DNA of 64,000 bases from contig JBHJGN010000011.1 of the NCBI GenBank assembly GCA_050331735.1, positions 1 through 64,000 of the forward strand, read 5' to 3'. Within the stretch, counting starts at the first letter, position 1; each line of letters starts with the position of its first letter. Positions 9,444 to 22,280 of the stretch are shown here, one piece after another. The translations under genes and the position numbers were made by a program. Below the pieces are notes generated by a model. The model worked only from the letters and a program-made list of their open reading frames with translations, had not been told where the DNA came from and searched no databases. Source of the DNA: Cyanophyceae cyanobacterium. GTDB taxonomy: Bacteria > Cyanobacteriota > Cyanobacteriia > Cyanobacteriales > JBHJGN01.

Positions 9444-11297
9444 TTAGAGCTTGGTTCCGCAGTCAGGACAGAACTTGTTTGTGCTGGAATTTTCGGCTCC
9501 GCAGTTGCTACAGGTTTGCTCGGTCAACTGGTCAACTAGCTCCGGTATCCCGATCATTTGAGCGTTGTTTTTCCCGGGAGCGACCATTGGGTAGCAGTTT
9601 TCGTCTTTAACCACGTGGGCATCGAGCAATACCGGACCGTCGTGAGCGAGCACTTCGGCGATCACCTCGGATAGCTGGCTGCGATCGCGCAGCGTCATGC
9701 CCTTCACGCCGTAAGCTTGCGCCAGCAGCTCAAAGTCGGGCATCCCAATTTGCATGTTAGAAGAGGAATAGCGCTCGCCAAAGAAAGCTTGCTGCCACTG
9801 CCGCACCATGCCCTGCCAGCCGTTGTTAATAATTACCGTCTTGACGTTGATGCCAAACTGAGCTAGGGTCGCCAGTTCCTGAGAGTTCATCTGAAAACTG
9901 GCATCGCCGCTGATGCAGATGACATCTTCAGTGGGCAGGGCGACTTTCACTCCCATGGCCGCCGGTAAACCAAATCCCATAGTTCCGAGTCCAGCGCTCG
10001 AAATCCAGCGACGGGGGCCATTTTTGAGGAACTGAGCCGCCCACATCTGATGCTGGCCAACATCGGTGGTGTAGTACGCATAGGGAGCCTGTCGTCCTAA
10101 CTCCACAATCACTTCCTGGGGAGCAATGCTGTGTTCGTAACTCGGCACCGCTAGGGGGTAATCTTTGCGCCAGCGCTGCACCCGCTGGAGCCACTCCTGA
10201 GTAAGCTCTCCTGTTGTCAATTTGCGCTCCTGCGCCCGTCGCAGGATTTGCTTCAAAACGTGCTGCACATCGCCCACAATTGGAACGTGAGGACGACGGT
10301 TTTTGCCGACTTCCGCCGGATCGATATCGATGTGAATTACCTTGGCGCGGGCGGCAAACTCGTCTAGCTTTCCGGTCACGCGATCATCAAATCTGGCCCC
10401 AACAGCAATCAGCAGATCGCACTCACTAACGGCAAAGTTAGCATAGGCGGTTCCGTGCATTCCAAGCATCCCGACCGACAGGGGGTGATGCTCGTCGAAC
10501 GCCCCAATGCCCATCAAGGTTGTCGTTACCGGAATTTGAAACCGTTCTGCCAGTTCGCGGATTTGAGCATGGGCATTGGCCGAAATTGCGCCACCGCCGA
10601 CATACAACAGCGGACGCGCACTCTCCTCAATTAAATCAAGGGCGGCATCAATTTGCCGAGGATTGCCCTTAACGGTGGGGCGATATCCGGCTAGCTTAAT
10701 TTTTCCGGGTTCCACCGGAACGTAGTCAAATTCTTCGATGCCAACGTCTTTCGGAACGTCGATTAACACCGGACCCGGGCGACCCGTGCGCGCAATATAG
10801 AATGCTTCAGCCACCGTTTGCGCCATTTCGACCGCATGACGTACCACGTAGGAATTTTTGACAATTGGCAGCGTAATCCCAAAGATATCGGTTTCTTGAA
10901 AAGCGTCGCTGCCAATAGCGTTACGAGGAACCTGACCCGTCACCACTACCATCGGGATCGAGTCCATATGGGCCGTGGCAATTCCGGTGACTAGGTTAGT
11001 TGCACCCGGACCAGAGGTAGCAAAACACACTCCTACTTTGCCTGTCGCCCGCGCATATCCATCCGCAGCGTGGGAGGCTCCCTGTTCGTGTCTGACTAAA
11101 ATATGCTCAATTTCTCCTCTCGCTTCAGCCTGGTAGAGAGCATCGTAAATGGGCAGAATAGCACCACCAGGATAGCCAAACACATGCTCAACGCCATGAC
11201 GGACTAGGCTATCAATTAAGGCAAAAGCACCTGTACGGCGAACAGGCGATGGTTGTGATGCAGATGATTGTTCAGGAACGCTTCTTGTAGAAACCAC
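9444..11297 (-). CDS. ilvB: Acetolactate synthase large subunit with C-terminal zinc-ribbon
   Basis: [39 protein letters not shown] motif GDASF...NN. Confidence 0.96.
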   Translation of the reverse strand: MVSTRSVPEQSSASQPSPVRRTGAFALIDSLVRHGVEHVFGYPGGAILPIYDALYQAEARGEIEHILVRHEQGASHAADGYARATGKVGVCFATSGPGATNLVTGIATAHMDSIPMVVVTGQVPRNAIGSDAFQETDIFGITLPIVKNSYVVRHAVEMAQTVAEAFYIARTGRPGPVLIDVPKDVGIEEFDYVPVEPGKIKLAGYRPTVKGNPRQIDAALDLIEESARPLLYVGGGAISANAHAQIRELAERFQIPVTTTLMGIGAFDEHHPLSVGMLGMHGTAYANFAVSECDLLIAVGARFDDRVTGKLDEFAARAKVIHIDIDPAEVGKNRRPHVPIVGDVQHVLKQILRRAQERKLTTGELTQEWLQRVQRWRKDYPLAVPSYEHSIAPQEVIVELGRQAPYAYYTTDVGQHQMWAAQFLKNGPRRWISSAGLGTMGFGLPAAMGVKVALPTEDVICISGDASFQMNSQELATLAQFGINVKTVIINNGWQGMVRQWQQAFFGERYSSSNMQIGMPDFELLAQAYGVKGMTLRDRSQLSEVIAEVLAHDGPVLLDAHVVKDENCYPMVAPGKNNAQMIGIPELVDQLTEQTCSNCGAENSSTNKFCPDCGTKL

Positions 11298-11527
11298 GGG
11301 GCTAATCTTATTAGTGTGCTTATTGTTTTATCTTAAAATTTGTTGCCAATGATGCAACGGCCAAACAAATAAATTGGTTTAATGGAAAATTTATTTTAAG
11401 TTATGCTCTGCCTATCTGTCGAGGGGAAGATAGAGTAGTTAAGGATTTTTTGGCGACAGTCACCCAGGTCAAAATTTGAGTAGACTGAATGTGCGTCAGC
11501 TTTTCCTAACAATTATAGCAACAACGG

Positions 11528-12067
11528 CTAAAGCTCTTGATATTTCTGAAAAAGCACCGTCAAGAACTCAGCAGCACAGCAGCGGACTCGACATCCGGGG
11601 GCTTTAAGCCACCATCCGCTCGTTTTATCGGGCGATCGCCACAGTTCCAGGTGCTCCACCGCTGGTTCTGCATAGAAGCTCTCTTGTCCAGCCCCCAACA
11701 GCGCTGAACTCCAGTGGGTAAAGGCATCGTGGCTAACGCGATGAATTGGGAAATTCCCAAGTAACGGCACTCCCCAGCCATCAAGAGCGATGAGTCCTCT
11801 AACTTTACCCAACTGCATCTGCCACACCGCTGCCGCTCCCATTGCCCCGACAACGCCAGCACTAAACCCGATAAACAGTAGTGGAGAAGCGTGGGCTGGA
11901 GCACCGAGATGTTTTCGTAGAAAAGACAATAGGTCAATGCTTGAATAGGCCGGATAATTTTGAGCAGGAAAAATCAGCCATTGATGAGACCTTAATGGAT
12001 GCAAGCTGTGCAAAAACTGTTGAGTGAGCTGAGGATCGTGCATACCGGGGCAGATTAAAATAGTCAT
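11528..12067 (-). CDS. Conserved cyanobacterial alpha/beta-hydrolase-like protein
   Basis: GFSAG nucleophile-elbow motif; DGWG. Confidence 0.7.
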   Translation of the reverse strand: MTILICPGMHDPQLTQQFLHSLHPLRSHQWLIFPAQNYPAYSSIDLLSFLRKHLGAPAHASPLLFIGFSAGVVGAMGAAAVWQMQLGKVRGLIALDGWGVPLLGNFPIHRVSHDAFTHWSSALLGAGQESFYAEPAVEHLELWRSPDKTSGWWLKAPGCRVRCCAAEFLTVLFQKYQEL

Positions 12068-12454
12068 TCTTAAAAAACACTATTTTCAGGTAAACTTGGC
12101 TTCAAAGTCTGAAAAAATGGAAAAAGAAGACGAAAAAGAATCTTATTCTTGCTTGCTCCAATTTCCTCTAGTTTTATCTAAATAAGCGGTCTGTAACAAG
12201 ATTAAGCAGGGCAAAATCTGAATTTTATTCGTAAAAGCCTAATCTTCTCTGGTCAAAACACGATGGTCAGGATTTAAATAGCTGTGATAGCAAATACCTC
12301 TCTGCTCGTCGGTGTACCTGCACGAACAAACATTCGTGTTTGGACTCTCTCAAGCTGGGCTAAAAGCTCAGTCAAATCCTGACTCATCTAAGCCAGAAGA
12401 TACATTGCCCGTTTCCGATCCATCTTATCTAGCTTTAACTCTTGAGGTGAAACG

Positions 12455-13261
12455 ATGAAAACTATCAAAAGACTTCAAAAGGCCGCGCTTTTTGCTTTAC
12501 CTCTCTGGGTAGCTTTGGCTGTATCTTTTGCTTCCCCTATTTTGGTAACGTCTTCTACACCAGCCCAGGCAGAAGGAGATTTGCCTCACTGGTCTTATGG
12601 TGGAGCGGCAAATCCGACCCAATGGGGACGGCTAGGACACGACTTTGCTTTGTGTGAAGTCGGCAGAGATCAATCTCCTATAAATATAGATGCTGATAAT
12701 GCCATCGTTGGTGCCAAAGCGGAAATTGACTTTAATTATGGATCAGTCCCACTTGTTGTAGTTAACAACGGTCATACTATTCAGGTTAACTATGCTGAAG
12801 GAAGTACGGTCAGGATTAGTGGCGAGGAGTATGAACTAGTCCAGTTTCATTTTCATACGCCTAGCGAGCATACTACCTCTGGACAAGCCTATGCTATGGA
12901 ACTGCATCTCGTACACCGGAACGCAGTTGGAGAGTTAGCGGTGCTCGGGATTATGATGACAGAGGGGATAGCCCATTCTGCCATCGCCACCATCTGGGAG
13001 CATGTTCCTGGAGAGAAAACTAAGGCCGTGGCGGAATCAACTATTAATGCTGCTGATTTGTTGCCCAGTAGCGTCAATTATTTCAGCTATGGTGGTTCGC
13101 TAACTACCCCCCCCTGTAGCGAAAATGTTCGCTGGTATGTTTTCGCCGAACCCATTCAAGTGTCTCAAGAGCAAATTGATAGATTTGAAAATCTCTATCC
13201 GGTCAATGCTCGTCCCACTCAGCCGATAAACGGACGCCAGATTGAATTTCATCAGGAATAA
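12455..13261 (+). CDS. ecaA: Secreted alpha-carbonic anhydrase
   Basis: Signal peptide; HWSY, QSPINI, NNGHT, Zn ligands QFHFH and ELHLVH, GSLTTPPCSE, NARP. Confidence 0.93.
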   Translation: MKTIKRLQKAALFALPLWVALAVSFASPILVTSSTPAQAEGDLPHWSYGGAANPTQWGRLGHDFALCEVGRDQSPINIDADNAIVGAKAEIDFNYGSVPLVVVNNGHTIQVNYAEGSTVRISGEEYELVQFHFHTPSEHTTSGQAYAMELHLVHRNAVGELAVLGIMMTEGIAHSAIATIWEHVPGEKTKAVAESTINAADLLPSSVNYFSYGGSLTTPPCSENVRWYVFAEPIQVSQEQIDRFENLYPVNARPTQPINGRQIEFHQE

Positions 13262-13301
13262 CGGCTAGAGCACACAAAAGTTAAGGGAAGAGCGAATAGA
13301 G

Positions 13302-13332
13302 AAAAAAGCCACCTCTTTAAAGAGGCGGCTTC
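13302..13332 (-). terminator. Rho-independent terminator of groEL
   Basis: AAAAAAGCCACCTCT-TTAA-AGAGGCGGCTT hairpin with U-tract on the minus strand. Confidence 0.75.
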
Positions 13333-13362
13333 AGGTGTAAGCTGATTAGTTTCTACTACGGA

Positions 13363-15006
<1,644 letters not shown>

Positions 15007-15042
15007 CTACTTAATAGATTGCGTTTGAATAACGGGGATGGC

Positions 15043-15354
15043 TTAGGAGACGACAGCCAGAATGTCTTTTTCAGACAGGAGAACGTAGTCTTCGCCGCTA
15101 AATTTGATGTCGGTTCCAGCGTACTTGGAGTAGAGCACCTGATCTCCTACTTTAACTTCCAAATCTGAGCGAGACCCGTCATCGTTGCGCTTACCAGGGC
15201 CCACCTGAACGACTTCACCCACCTGGGGCTTTTCTTTTGCTGTATCGGGAAGTAGAATTCCACCGGACGTTTTTTCTTCGCTTGGGCTAACTTTAACAAA
15301 GACGCGATCGCCCAAAGGCTTAACCGTCGAAACATTAATCGTAATAGCTGCCAT
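15043..15354 (-). CDS. groES: Co-chaperonin GroES
   Basis: [31 protein letters not shown]. Confidence 0.99.
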   Translation of the reverse strand: MAAITINVSTVKPLGDRVFVKVSPSEEKTSGGILLPDTAKEKPQVGEVVQVGPGKRNDDGSRSDLEVKVGDQVLYSKYAGTDIKFSGEDYVLLSEKDILAVVS

Positions 15355-15434
15355 AAAAAATCCTCCAGATTACAGTGAGCTTGGTAAACACCAAACCCAT
15401 CAATTACGCGGTCGGCAAGGTTAAAGCTAAAAAA

Positions 15435-15461
15435 TTAGCACTCTCACCTTCCGAGTGCTAA
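15435..15461. promoter_or_regulatory. CIRCE operator (HrcA site)
   Basis: Perfect TTAGCACTC-N9-GAGTGCTAA upstream of groES. Confidence 0.97.
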
Positions 15462-15500
15462 TTTAGCGAAATTACCGAGGAGATGGCAACTAGTTTTTGA

Positions 15501-15516
15501 GTACGGTTTACCGAAC
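15501..15516 (-). promoter_or_regulatory. K-box of groESL
   Basis: Minus strand GTTCGG-TAAA-CCGTAC fits the K-box consensus GTTCGG-NNAN-CCNNAC. Confidence 0.85.
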
Positions 15517-17202
15517 CGCGGCTGCTTGCTGGTTTGGCAGCCTCTGGTCTTGTTGGGTTGCTAGGAACGCTACCGCTTGTGCTAAGTGACTAATCTTGAG
15601 CGGTTTAGCAATGTGCTGCTGATAGCCGCTGGCTAAAACTTGCTGGCAATCTTCAACCCGGGCAGAGGCCGTTAAAGCGATCGCCGGAATTCGGCCTCCT
15701 TTTTCGGAGGGGAGAGTGCGAATCCGCTGCACTAGGGTTAAGCCGTTCATGTCCGGCATACCAATATCGCTTACTAATACGTCAGGTTGAAAGGATTCTA
15801 GGAGCGCCAAAACTTCAGCCGCAGAAGCGACAGTCAGCACCTCTGCTCCGCATTCGGTGAGCAATACCGTCAAGAGCTTGCGGGCATCAGGTTCGTCATC
15901 AACCCCCAGGACTCGAATCCCAGCGAGATTAAATTCTTGACGGGGTAACTCGTCTAGCGGCTGAACCACTTCATCCTTCAGTAGAGGCAACTGGAGCGTA
16001 AAAGTGGCTCCTAACCCTTCCCCCGGACTGTTTGCCTCAATGGTGCCGCCATGCTCCTCAACTAACTGATGAACAATGGCTAACCCTAGCCCCAATCCTC
16101 CATACAGGCGAGTGATCGAAGCATCTTCTTGACAAAATGACTTAAAAACGTGGGGAAGAAAATCTGAGCTGATACCTTTACCCGTATCCCTGACGGCGAT
16201 CTGCGCCTGCTCGCCCACCCGTTTCAGTTCAAGGTAGACCTGTCCTCCTTCAGGGGTAAACTTAACAGCATTGGTGAGTAAGTTCCAGACAATCTGCTGG
16301 AGACGGGCAGCATCGCCAAATACTAGCCCAATATCAGGAAGAACGGCATGGAGGGCAATCGATTTGGCAACGGCGGTCATCCTGACCGTTTCGAGCGCAG
16401 CTTCAATTACAAGGGATAGATTAACAGCGGTTGGATTCAGTCTCAGTTTGCCCCGCAGAATCCCGGCGATATCGAGCAGATCGTTAATGAGCTGAACCTG
16501 CAATTGGGCATTTCGTTCGATGGTGGCAAGGGCTTCAGCCGTTTGGGTGGCATCAAACTGATAGGTTTGTAACGCCTGCGCCCAGCCTAAAATTGGGTTC
16601 AGCGGCGTTCGTAACTCATGGGAGAGAATCGCCAGAAATTCATCTTTGATGCGGTTAGCTCGTTCGGCAGCGGCTCTAGCCTCTTGCTCCCGCGCCAACA
16701 GGCGGTTGCGCTCGGCGGCGGCCTGTTGACGAGCCGCAATTTCCTTTTTAAGCACTTGATTGACCGCTTCTAATTGAGCCGTGCGTTTTAGAACTCGCTG
16801 TTCAAGGTGCTGATTGGTCTCCTCTAGTTGAGCCGGACTGGGCAGGGCTAAGGCTTGGGGAACAACGGGAATCAACTCGATGGCCGTATAGATGGAGATG
16901 AGAGCCGTCAATGATTTAAGGTAGCCTGAAACCCAGTAGTTTGAATGCCACAGCGACCAAATCTCCATGAGGTGGGTAGTGCCGCAGGCAATGATAAAAG
17001 CTCCAAACAGAATAAAGATTCTAGGGTAGGGGAAATCTGAACGCTTGCGGATAAAGTAAAAAAGTGTAATAGGAATCGAGTAGTAAGCTACCGCCGTCAA
17101 CAAGTCAGAGGCAACGTGAAGCCAGACTAGTCCTGGATTCCAAAGATAGCAATACCCGTGAGGCATATAGCCTGCTGTGGCTAAGGCCAGCGCTTCTAGC
17201 AT
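15508..17202 (-). CDS. Hybrid histidine kinase with ETR1-like ethylene-binding TM domain and receiver
   Basis: SDLLTAVAYYSIP...FGAFIIACGTTHL; H-box SHELRTPL; G boxes; receiver VDDE...SDIGMP...AKP. Confidence 0.9.
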   Translation of the reverse strand: MLEALALATAGYMPHGYCYLWNPGLVWLHVASDLLTAVAYYSIPITLFYFIRKRSDFPYPRIFILFGAFIIACGTTHLMEIWSLWHSNYWVSGYLKSLTALISIYTAIELIPVVPQALALPSPAQLEETNQHLEQRVLKRTAQLEAVNQVLKKEIAARQQAAAERNRLLAREQEARAAAERANRIKDEFLAILSHELRTPLNPILGWAQALQTYQFDATQTAEALATIERNAQLQVQLINDLLDIAGILRGKLRLNPTAVNLSLVIEAALETVRMTAVAKSIALHAVLPDIGLVFGDAARLQQIVWNLLTNAVKFTPEGGQVYLELKRVGEQAQIAVRDTGKGISSDFLPHVFKSFCQEDASITRLYGGLGLGLAIVHQLVEEHGGTIEANSPGEGLGATFTLQLPLLKDEVVQPLDELPRQEFNLAGIRVLGVDDEPDARKLLTVLLTECGAEVLTVASAAEVLALLESFQPDVLVSDIGMPDMNGLTLVQRIRTLPSEKGGRIPAIALTASARVEDCQQVLASGYQQHIAKPLKISHLAQAVAFLATQQDQRLPNQQAAAVR

Positions 17203-17606
17203 AACAATAGTAGTATGAGTCAAAATGGTTACCAACAGCCAACGAAGCTGTACCTTTGCTGATGCGTTAGTCGGCATCGCTAGCAATATCAGAAAGCTCG
17301 GTAACGATTCCTCTCAGTCACTCTCCTTAAAGTCGTTCATTGATAGCTATTGAAACGAGCGAGAGATAAAGCTCCTCGTTACTACAAGCAATATTCAACA
17401 GACAGAAACCACAAAATTTAAACAAACCGCTCGTTTTTTAATCAGGCTCCCCAATCGTGCTCGTTACACTTAGCTTTCTTCTCATTTTTTATGCCACAGA
17501 AGTTTTCTGGGCTGAAAGAGCAAATTCACGGAATTTCGCTTACGGCTTGTCAAGCTATAGCAATTTTCACTCAGAAGCTCCCAGTCTTTAGCAGAGCCAG
17601 GATACC

Positions 17607-17629
17607 AAAAAAGCCTGCTTAAGCAGGCT
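17607..17629 (-). terminator. Rho-independent terminator of clpB
   Basis: AAAAAAGCCTGCTT/AAGCAGGCT palindrome with U-tract on the minus strand. Confidence 0.7.
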
Positions 17630-17656
17630 GTGCAGATAGTGCTATTGGAAGCAACG

Positions 17657-20275
17657 CTATGACGTTAACATTTCGACAGGTACGCGCTTGAGGGACAACC
17701 GCTCATCCTCAACATCAACAAAGATGGTATCTCCAGGCTTAAATTCACCCCGCAGAATCGCCTTAGCGATCGCCGTTTCTAAATAACGCTGGATGGCTCG
17801 CTTCAAGGGTCTGGCTCCATAAACCGGGTCATACCCCACTTCTGATAAAAAGTCAAGCGCGGCTTCTGAGAGCTTCATCGATAACTTCTGCTCGGCTAAA
17901 CGCGCCTCTAGATGCCGCACCTGAAGCGTAATGATATGCCGTAGCTGCTCTTTAGCTAAGCCGTGGAAGATAATAATTTCGTCGATGCGGTTGAGGAACT
18001 CAGGACGGAAGCTATTGCGCATAGCATCCATGACGCGCGATCGCATTTCCTCGTACATGGCATCGTTCCCGGCTAGGTCAAGAATATACTGAGAACCGAT
18101 GTTGCTGGTCATGATGATAATCGTATTCTTGAAATCGACCACATGGCCTTGAGCGTCGGTTAAGCGTCCATCATCGAGAATTTGCAGCATCACGTTGAAG
18201 ACATCGGGATGAGCTTTCTCGATTTCGTCGAACAGAATGACCGAATAGGGTCTCCGCCGAATCGCTTCGGTGAGTTGACCACCTTCTTCGTAACCTACAT
18301 ATCCCGGAGGCGCACCCATCAGGCGAGCCACGCTGTGCTTCTCCATGTATTCGGACATATCGATCCGCACAATCGCTTCTTCGGTATCGAATAGGGTGGC
18401 GGCAAGGGCTTTAGCAAGCTCGGTTTTACCTACTCCGGTGGGACCAAGGAAAATAAAGGAAGCCGTGGGCCGATTGGGATCGGCAAGTCCTGCCCGAGAG
18501 CGCTGAATTGCGTCCGCAACAGCCAGCACCGCTTCCTCTTGCCCGACCACTCGCTGGTGCAGTTCCTCTTCGAGGTGCAGCAGCTTCTCTTTCTCCGACT
18601 CCACGAGCTTGGTTATGGGAATGCCCGTCCACTTGGAGATAATTTCGGCAATATCTGCCTCGACGACTTCTTCCCGTAGCAGCGATTTACCAGAGGTTTG
18701 CTTCTCCTGAAGCTGACTTGACCTGTCATTGACCTGCCGCTGGAGATCGGTAAGCTTGCCGTAGCGCAACTCGGCGGCACGGTTGAGGTCGTAATCCCGC
18801 TCGGCCTGCTGAATTTCGAGGTTAACCCGATCGATCTCCTCTTTGAGGGTACGGATCTTGTCGATCACTTCTTTCTCAGACTGCCACTGAGCGTTGAGCT
18901 GCGACTGTTCTTCTTTCAGGTCCGCTAGCTCTCGCTCAAGCTGCTCCAGTCTTTCTAACGAAGCCGGATCGTTCTCTTTGCGCAGAGACAGGCGCTCCAT
19001 TTCCCGCTGCAAAATCTTGCGGTCAATTTCGTCGAGTTCTTCGGGCTTGGAGGTAATTTCCATCTTGAGCTTAGCGGCAGATTCGTCCACTAAGTCAATC
19101 GCTTTGTCGGGCAGGAAGCGGTCTGAAATATAGCGGTTCGACAGCATTGCCGCCGCAACGAGAGCGGTATCGGCAATTTTGACTCCGTGGTGAACTTCGT
19201 AACGCTCTTTGAGTCCCCGCAGAATAGAAATTGTATCAACCACGCTTGGTTCATCGACATAAACCTCCTGGAAGCGTCGCTCTAACGCCGCATCCTTTTC
19301 TATATACTTGCGATACTCGTCGAGGGTGGTTGCTCCGATACAGCGCAGTTCCCCCCGCGCCAGCATCGGTTTGAGCAGGTTACCCGCATCCATCGCTCCT
19401 CCGGTTGCGCCAGCACCAACGACGGTATGAATTTCGTCGATGAACATGATGATCTGACCCTGGGAATCAGTTACTTCCTTGAGCACAGCTTTCAGGCGTT
19501 CCTCAAACTCGCCTCGGTACTTAGCTCCGGCAATCAGCGCTCCCATATCGAGGGCAACCAGGGTGCGATCGCGCAGGGACTCCGGTACGTCTCGATCGAT
19601 AATCCGCTGCGCGAGTCCTTCAACAATAGCAGTTTTACCCACGCCCGGTTCTCCAATCAGCACCGGGTTATTCTTCGTCCGCCGCGAGAGAATTTGAATG
19701 GTGCGGCGAATCTCGTCGTCTCGACCGATCACCGGGTCAAGTTTACCTTCCCTCGCCAACTGAGTTAAGTCGCGTCCGTATTTTTCTAGGGCTTCGTATT
19801 TGCCTTCTGGATTTTGATCCGTCACCTTCTGATTTCCTCGAATCTCTTTGATAATCTCTTTGAGTTTTTTCTCGTTGAGACCAAACTCTTGCAGTAGGGT
19901 GCGACCGAAGCGGTCATCTTTGGCATAGGCCAGAATGAGGTGCTCAATGGAAATATAGTCGTCCTCGTACTCCTGGCGGAACTGTTCGGCGCGGTCGAGG
20001 AGAGTATCTAAGCTGCGGCCTAGATAAATTGAATCACTCGGATTAGCGACGGTTGGCTGGCGGCGCAGAAATTCATCGGTGCGCTCGCGCAGCTTCTGTA
20101 CGCTAACATTGGCTTTATTAAAGATACTGCTAGCCAGTCCCTCTTGTTCAATGAGGGACTTCATCAAGTGTTCGCTTTCAATTTGTTGGTGCTTGTTTTG
20201 TTTGGCAATATCGGGAGTTCGAACGATAGCCTCCCATGCCTTTTCCGTAAATTGTTGGGGGTTGGTTGGCTGCAT
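17657..20275 (-). CDS. clpB: ATP-dependent disaggregase ClpB
   Basis: Two AAA+ domains ([16 protein letters not shown]) and a long coiled-coil M domain; 872 aa. Confidence 0.98.
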   Translation of the reverse strand: MQPTNPQQFTEKAWEAIVRTPDIAKQNKHQQIESEHLMKSLIEQEGLASSIFNKANVSVQKLRERTDEFLRRQPTVANPSDSIYLGRSLDTLLDRAEQFRQEYEDDYISIEHLILAYAKDDRFGRTLLQEFGLNEKKLKEIIKEIRGNQKVTDQNPEGKYEALEKYGRDLTQLAREGKLDPVIGRDDEIRRTIQILSRRTKNNPVLIGEPGVGKTAIVEGLAQRIIDRDVPESLRDRTLVALDMGALIAGAKYRGEFEERLKAVLKEVTDSQGQIIMFIDEIHTVVGAGATGGAMDAGNLLKPMLARGELRCIGATTLDEYRKYIEKDAALERRFQEVYVDEPSVVDTISILRGLKERYEVHHGVKIADTALVAAAMLSNRYISDRFLPDKAIDLVDESAAKLKMEITSKPEELDEIDRKILQREMERLSLRKENDPASLERLEQLERELADLKEEQSQLNAQWQSEKEVIDKIRTLKEEIDRVNLEIQQAERDYDLNRAAELRYGKLTDLQRQVNDRSSQLQEKQTSGKSLLREEVVEADIAEIISKWTGIPITKLVESEKEKLLHLEEELHQRVVGQEEAVLAVADAIQRSRAGLADPNRPTASFIFLGPTGVGKTELAKALAATLFDTEEAIVRIDMSEYMEKHSVARLMGAPPGYVGYEEGGQLTEAIRRRPYSVILFDEIEKAHPDVFNVMLQILDDGRLTDAQGHVVDFKNTIIIMTSNIGSQYILDLAGNDAMYEEMRSRVMDAMRNSFRPEFLNRIDEIIIFHGLAKEQLRHIITLQVRHLEARLAEQKLSMKLSEAALDFLSEVGYDPVYGARPLKRAIQRYLETAIAKAILRGEFKPGDTIFVDVEDERLSLKRVPVEMLTS

Positions 20276-20575
20276 AATTTATCTGTACTAGCTACAAATA
20301 ATGAATCAAAGCAATAGAAACTGTAGAGTTAGTTTATTCTTCTAGTGTTATTGTATCTGGGTTCTAGCACTCTTCTTCAGTCGGAAACCCCTACCTGGAA
20401 CGGTTGGATTTCCGCTTGGTTGTGAAGGATTTTTAAAGAAGTTAGCGGGGAGTTTAGCGTGCTCAACGCAACACCCGAAATTTCTTCCGGGTAAATGTTT
20501 GGTAGCCTATTACTCCGTTTATCCGCCGGAAATCCTGTACTCTCCTATTTGAGAAGCGTGTAAAGTGTAAAGATT

Positions 20576-20857
20576 ATGAAAACTGCCGACAGCACCATTA
20601 CGGCTGAAAATTTAGTGAAGTTAGCAGAGGCTAAAGCTGAAGAAGGAGATTCCATTGAAGCTTTACAAAACTATAGTCAAGCGATTTCTCTGAATCCTCA
20701 GTATGCCCGAGCCTATGGGGAAAGAGGGCTTCTTAGAGCCAACCTAGGAGATAAACACGGGGCGCGTGAAGATTACCAACAAGCCGCACAGTTATTTCTC
20801 GCTCAAGGAAGCAAAGCCAATTACGAGATGGTTTTGGGCTATCTACAATCGCTTTAG
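20576..20857 (+). CDS. Small TPR protein
   Basis: TPR pattern YSQAISLNPQYARAYGERG...GAREDYQQAA. Confidence 0.85.
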   Translation: MKTADSTITAENLVKLAEAKAEEGDSIEALQNYSQAISLNPQYARAYGERGLLRANLGDKHGAREDYQQAAQLFLAQGSKANYEMVLGYLQSL

Positions 20858-20892
20858 CGCTAGCAGCCCAGTATATTAAACGCAGGCAATCC

Positions 20893-21624
20893 CTACTCCC
20901 CTTGGGGGTACTGCTCCCACAATTCCGTGATCTGTCGTAAACTCTGGTGATTGCCGTTCCCCAAAATTAGATGATCTAAGAGCGGAATATTTAAATATTG
21001 AGCGCCCTGAAGAAGCTGTTCTGTCAGGGCGATGTCTTCCGGGCTTGGTTCAACGTTTCCCGATGGATGATTGTGAGCAATAATCAGCTTGGTTGCTCCT
21101 TGGCGAATCACTTCTCGAAATACCTCGCGGGGATGAATGAGGGTTTCTGTGGCTGTCCCCACGGTAACGACATGGGTTCCAACTAAACAGTTTTTCACAT
21201 CGAGCAGCACAACCGCAAAGCGCTCTTGCTGCTGCCACATCAAGTCGTGACTGAGAGCAGCGGCGGCGGCGGTGGGGCTATCAATTAAGGCTCGTTGAGT
21301 AGGACGAAACTGAAACGTCCGTTTACCAAGTTCAACGGCAGCCAAAACCGTTGTCGCTTTAGCAGGACCAATCCCCGGAATAGCCATTAGTTCTTGAGGC
21401 TTAATGTCTCGCAGCACATCTAGCGGATCTCGCTGGTGCTGGCTCAGTTCTCGGAGAATAAACTGTCCTAAACCAACTGCTGACAGCTTCCCCTTGCCTT
21501 GACCTGTCCCTAGCAAAATTGCTAATAGCTCTGCTGTTGATAAGTTTTTGGCTCCTAGCTCTAGCAATCGTTCGCGAGGCCGTTCACTAGCAGGAATATC
21601 AGCAATTCTGAGGCTATAGGACAT
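20893..21624 (-). CDS. radC: RadC / JAB-domain protein
   Basis: RPRERL, HhH GIGPAKA, HNHPSG...S..D, LLDHLI. Confidence 0.95.
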   Translation of the reverse strand: MSYSLRIADIPASERPRERLLELGAKNLSTAELLAILLGTGQGKGKLSAVGLGQFILRELSQHQRDPLDVLRDIKPQELMAIPGIGPAKATTVLAAVELGKRTFQFRPTQRALIDSPTAAAAALSHDLMWQQQERFAVVLLDVKNCLVGTHVVTVGTATETLIHPREVFREVIRQGATKLIIAHNHPSGNVEPSPEDIALTEQLLQGAQYLNIPLLDHLILGNGNHQSLRQITELWEQYPQGE

Positions 21625-21694
21625 GAAGACGAGTTTTAAGCGCTAAGCCTATGTTATAGCCGATCGCAGCTCAGAAATAGCAAGAGTAAGATTA

Positions 21695-21840
21695 AAGTAG
21701 CTGTTAGCTATTAACGAAAGCTAACAGCTAGGGAAATTAGCGCTCGCCACTCATTAAAACCCGCCAAATCCAGGATTTTGATGAAATTCGCTCCGACAAA
21801 GCCAAGAGCCAACAGCTAATGGCTAACAGCTAGTAGCTTA
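21695..21840. repeat. Degenerate heptamer (TAGCTAA-like) short tandem repeats
   Basis: TAGCTGTTAGCTA, AGCTAACAGCTA, AGCTAATGGCTAACAGCTA; similar runs at 24270-24300, 24450-24490 and 45875-45897. Confidence 0.6.
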
Positions 21841-22191
21841 TTTCGCTCCCGACTGGCTAGCTAGTTCATCTGTTTTTGCTGCCATGATGAAGTCGTTCTT
21901 GTGCAGTCCAGAAATGGCGTGAGTCCACCACGTTACCGTTACTTTTCCCCACTCGGTGAGTAAAGCCGGATGATGACCCTCGGCTTCGGCGGCTTCGCCT
22001 ACTTTATTCGTGAAGTCTAGCGCTGATTGAAAGTTAGAAAATTTGTAACTGCGTTCCAAATGCAGCTCACCGTCACGCTCGATAACTTCCCACTCAGGAA
22101 TTTCTGGCTTAAGCTGTTCAATTTCTTCCTGGCTAACTGGCTCGGAATCTTTTGAACACGCTTCGCACTTCTGCTGTGTGAGTTGCGCCAT
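21838..22191 (-). CDS. phhB: Pterin-4-alpha-carbinolamine dehydratase
   Basis: [26 protein letters not shown]. Confidence 0.92.
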   Translation of the reverse strand: MAQLTQQKCEACSKDSEPVSQEEIEQLKPEIPEWEVIERDGELHLERSYKFSNFQSALDFTNKVGEAAEAEGHHPALLTEWGKVTVTWWTHAISGLHKNDFIMAAKTDELASQSGAK

Positions 22192-22280
22192 AGAATGTTC
22201 CTCTCTCCAATTACGCTATAGACAATCATTGTAGATCGAGATCGAGACTAATCTGATGTCAAAAAACGTTGGTTTCGTCT

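Noticed and set aside
20364..20372. CTAGCACTC half-CIRCE upstream of clpB
   Set aside because: The second arm GAGTGCTAA is absent at the 9-bp spacing
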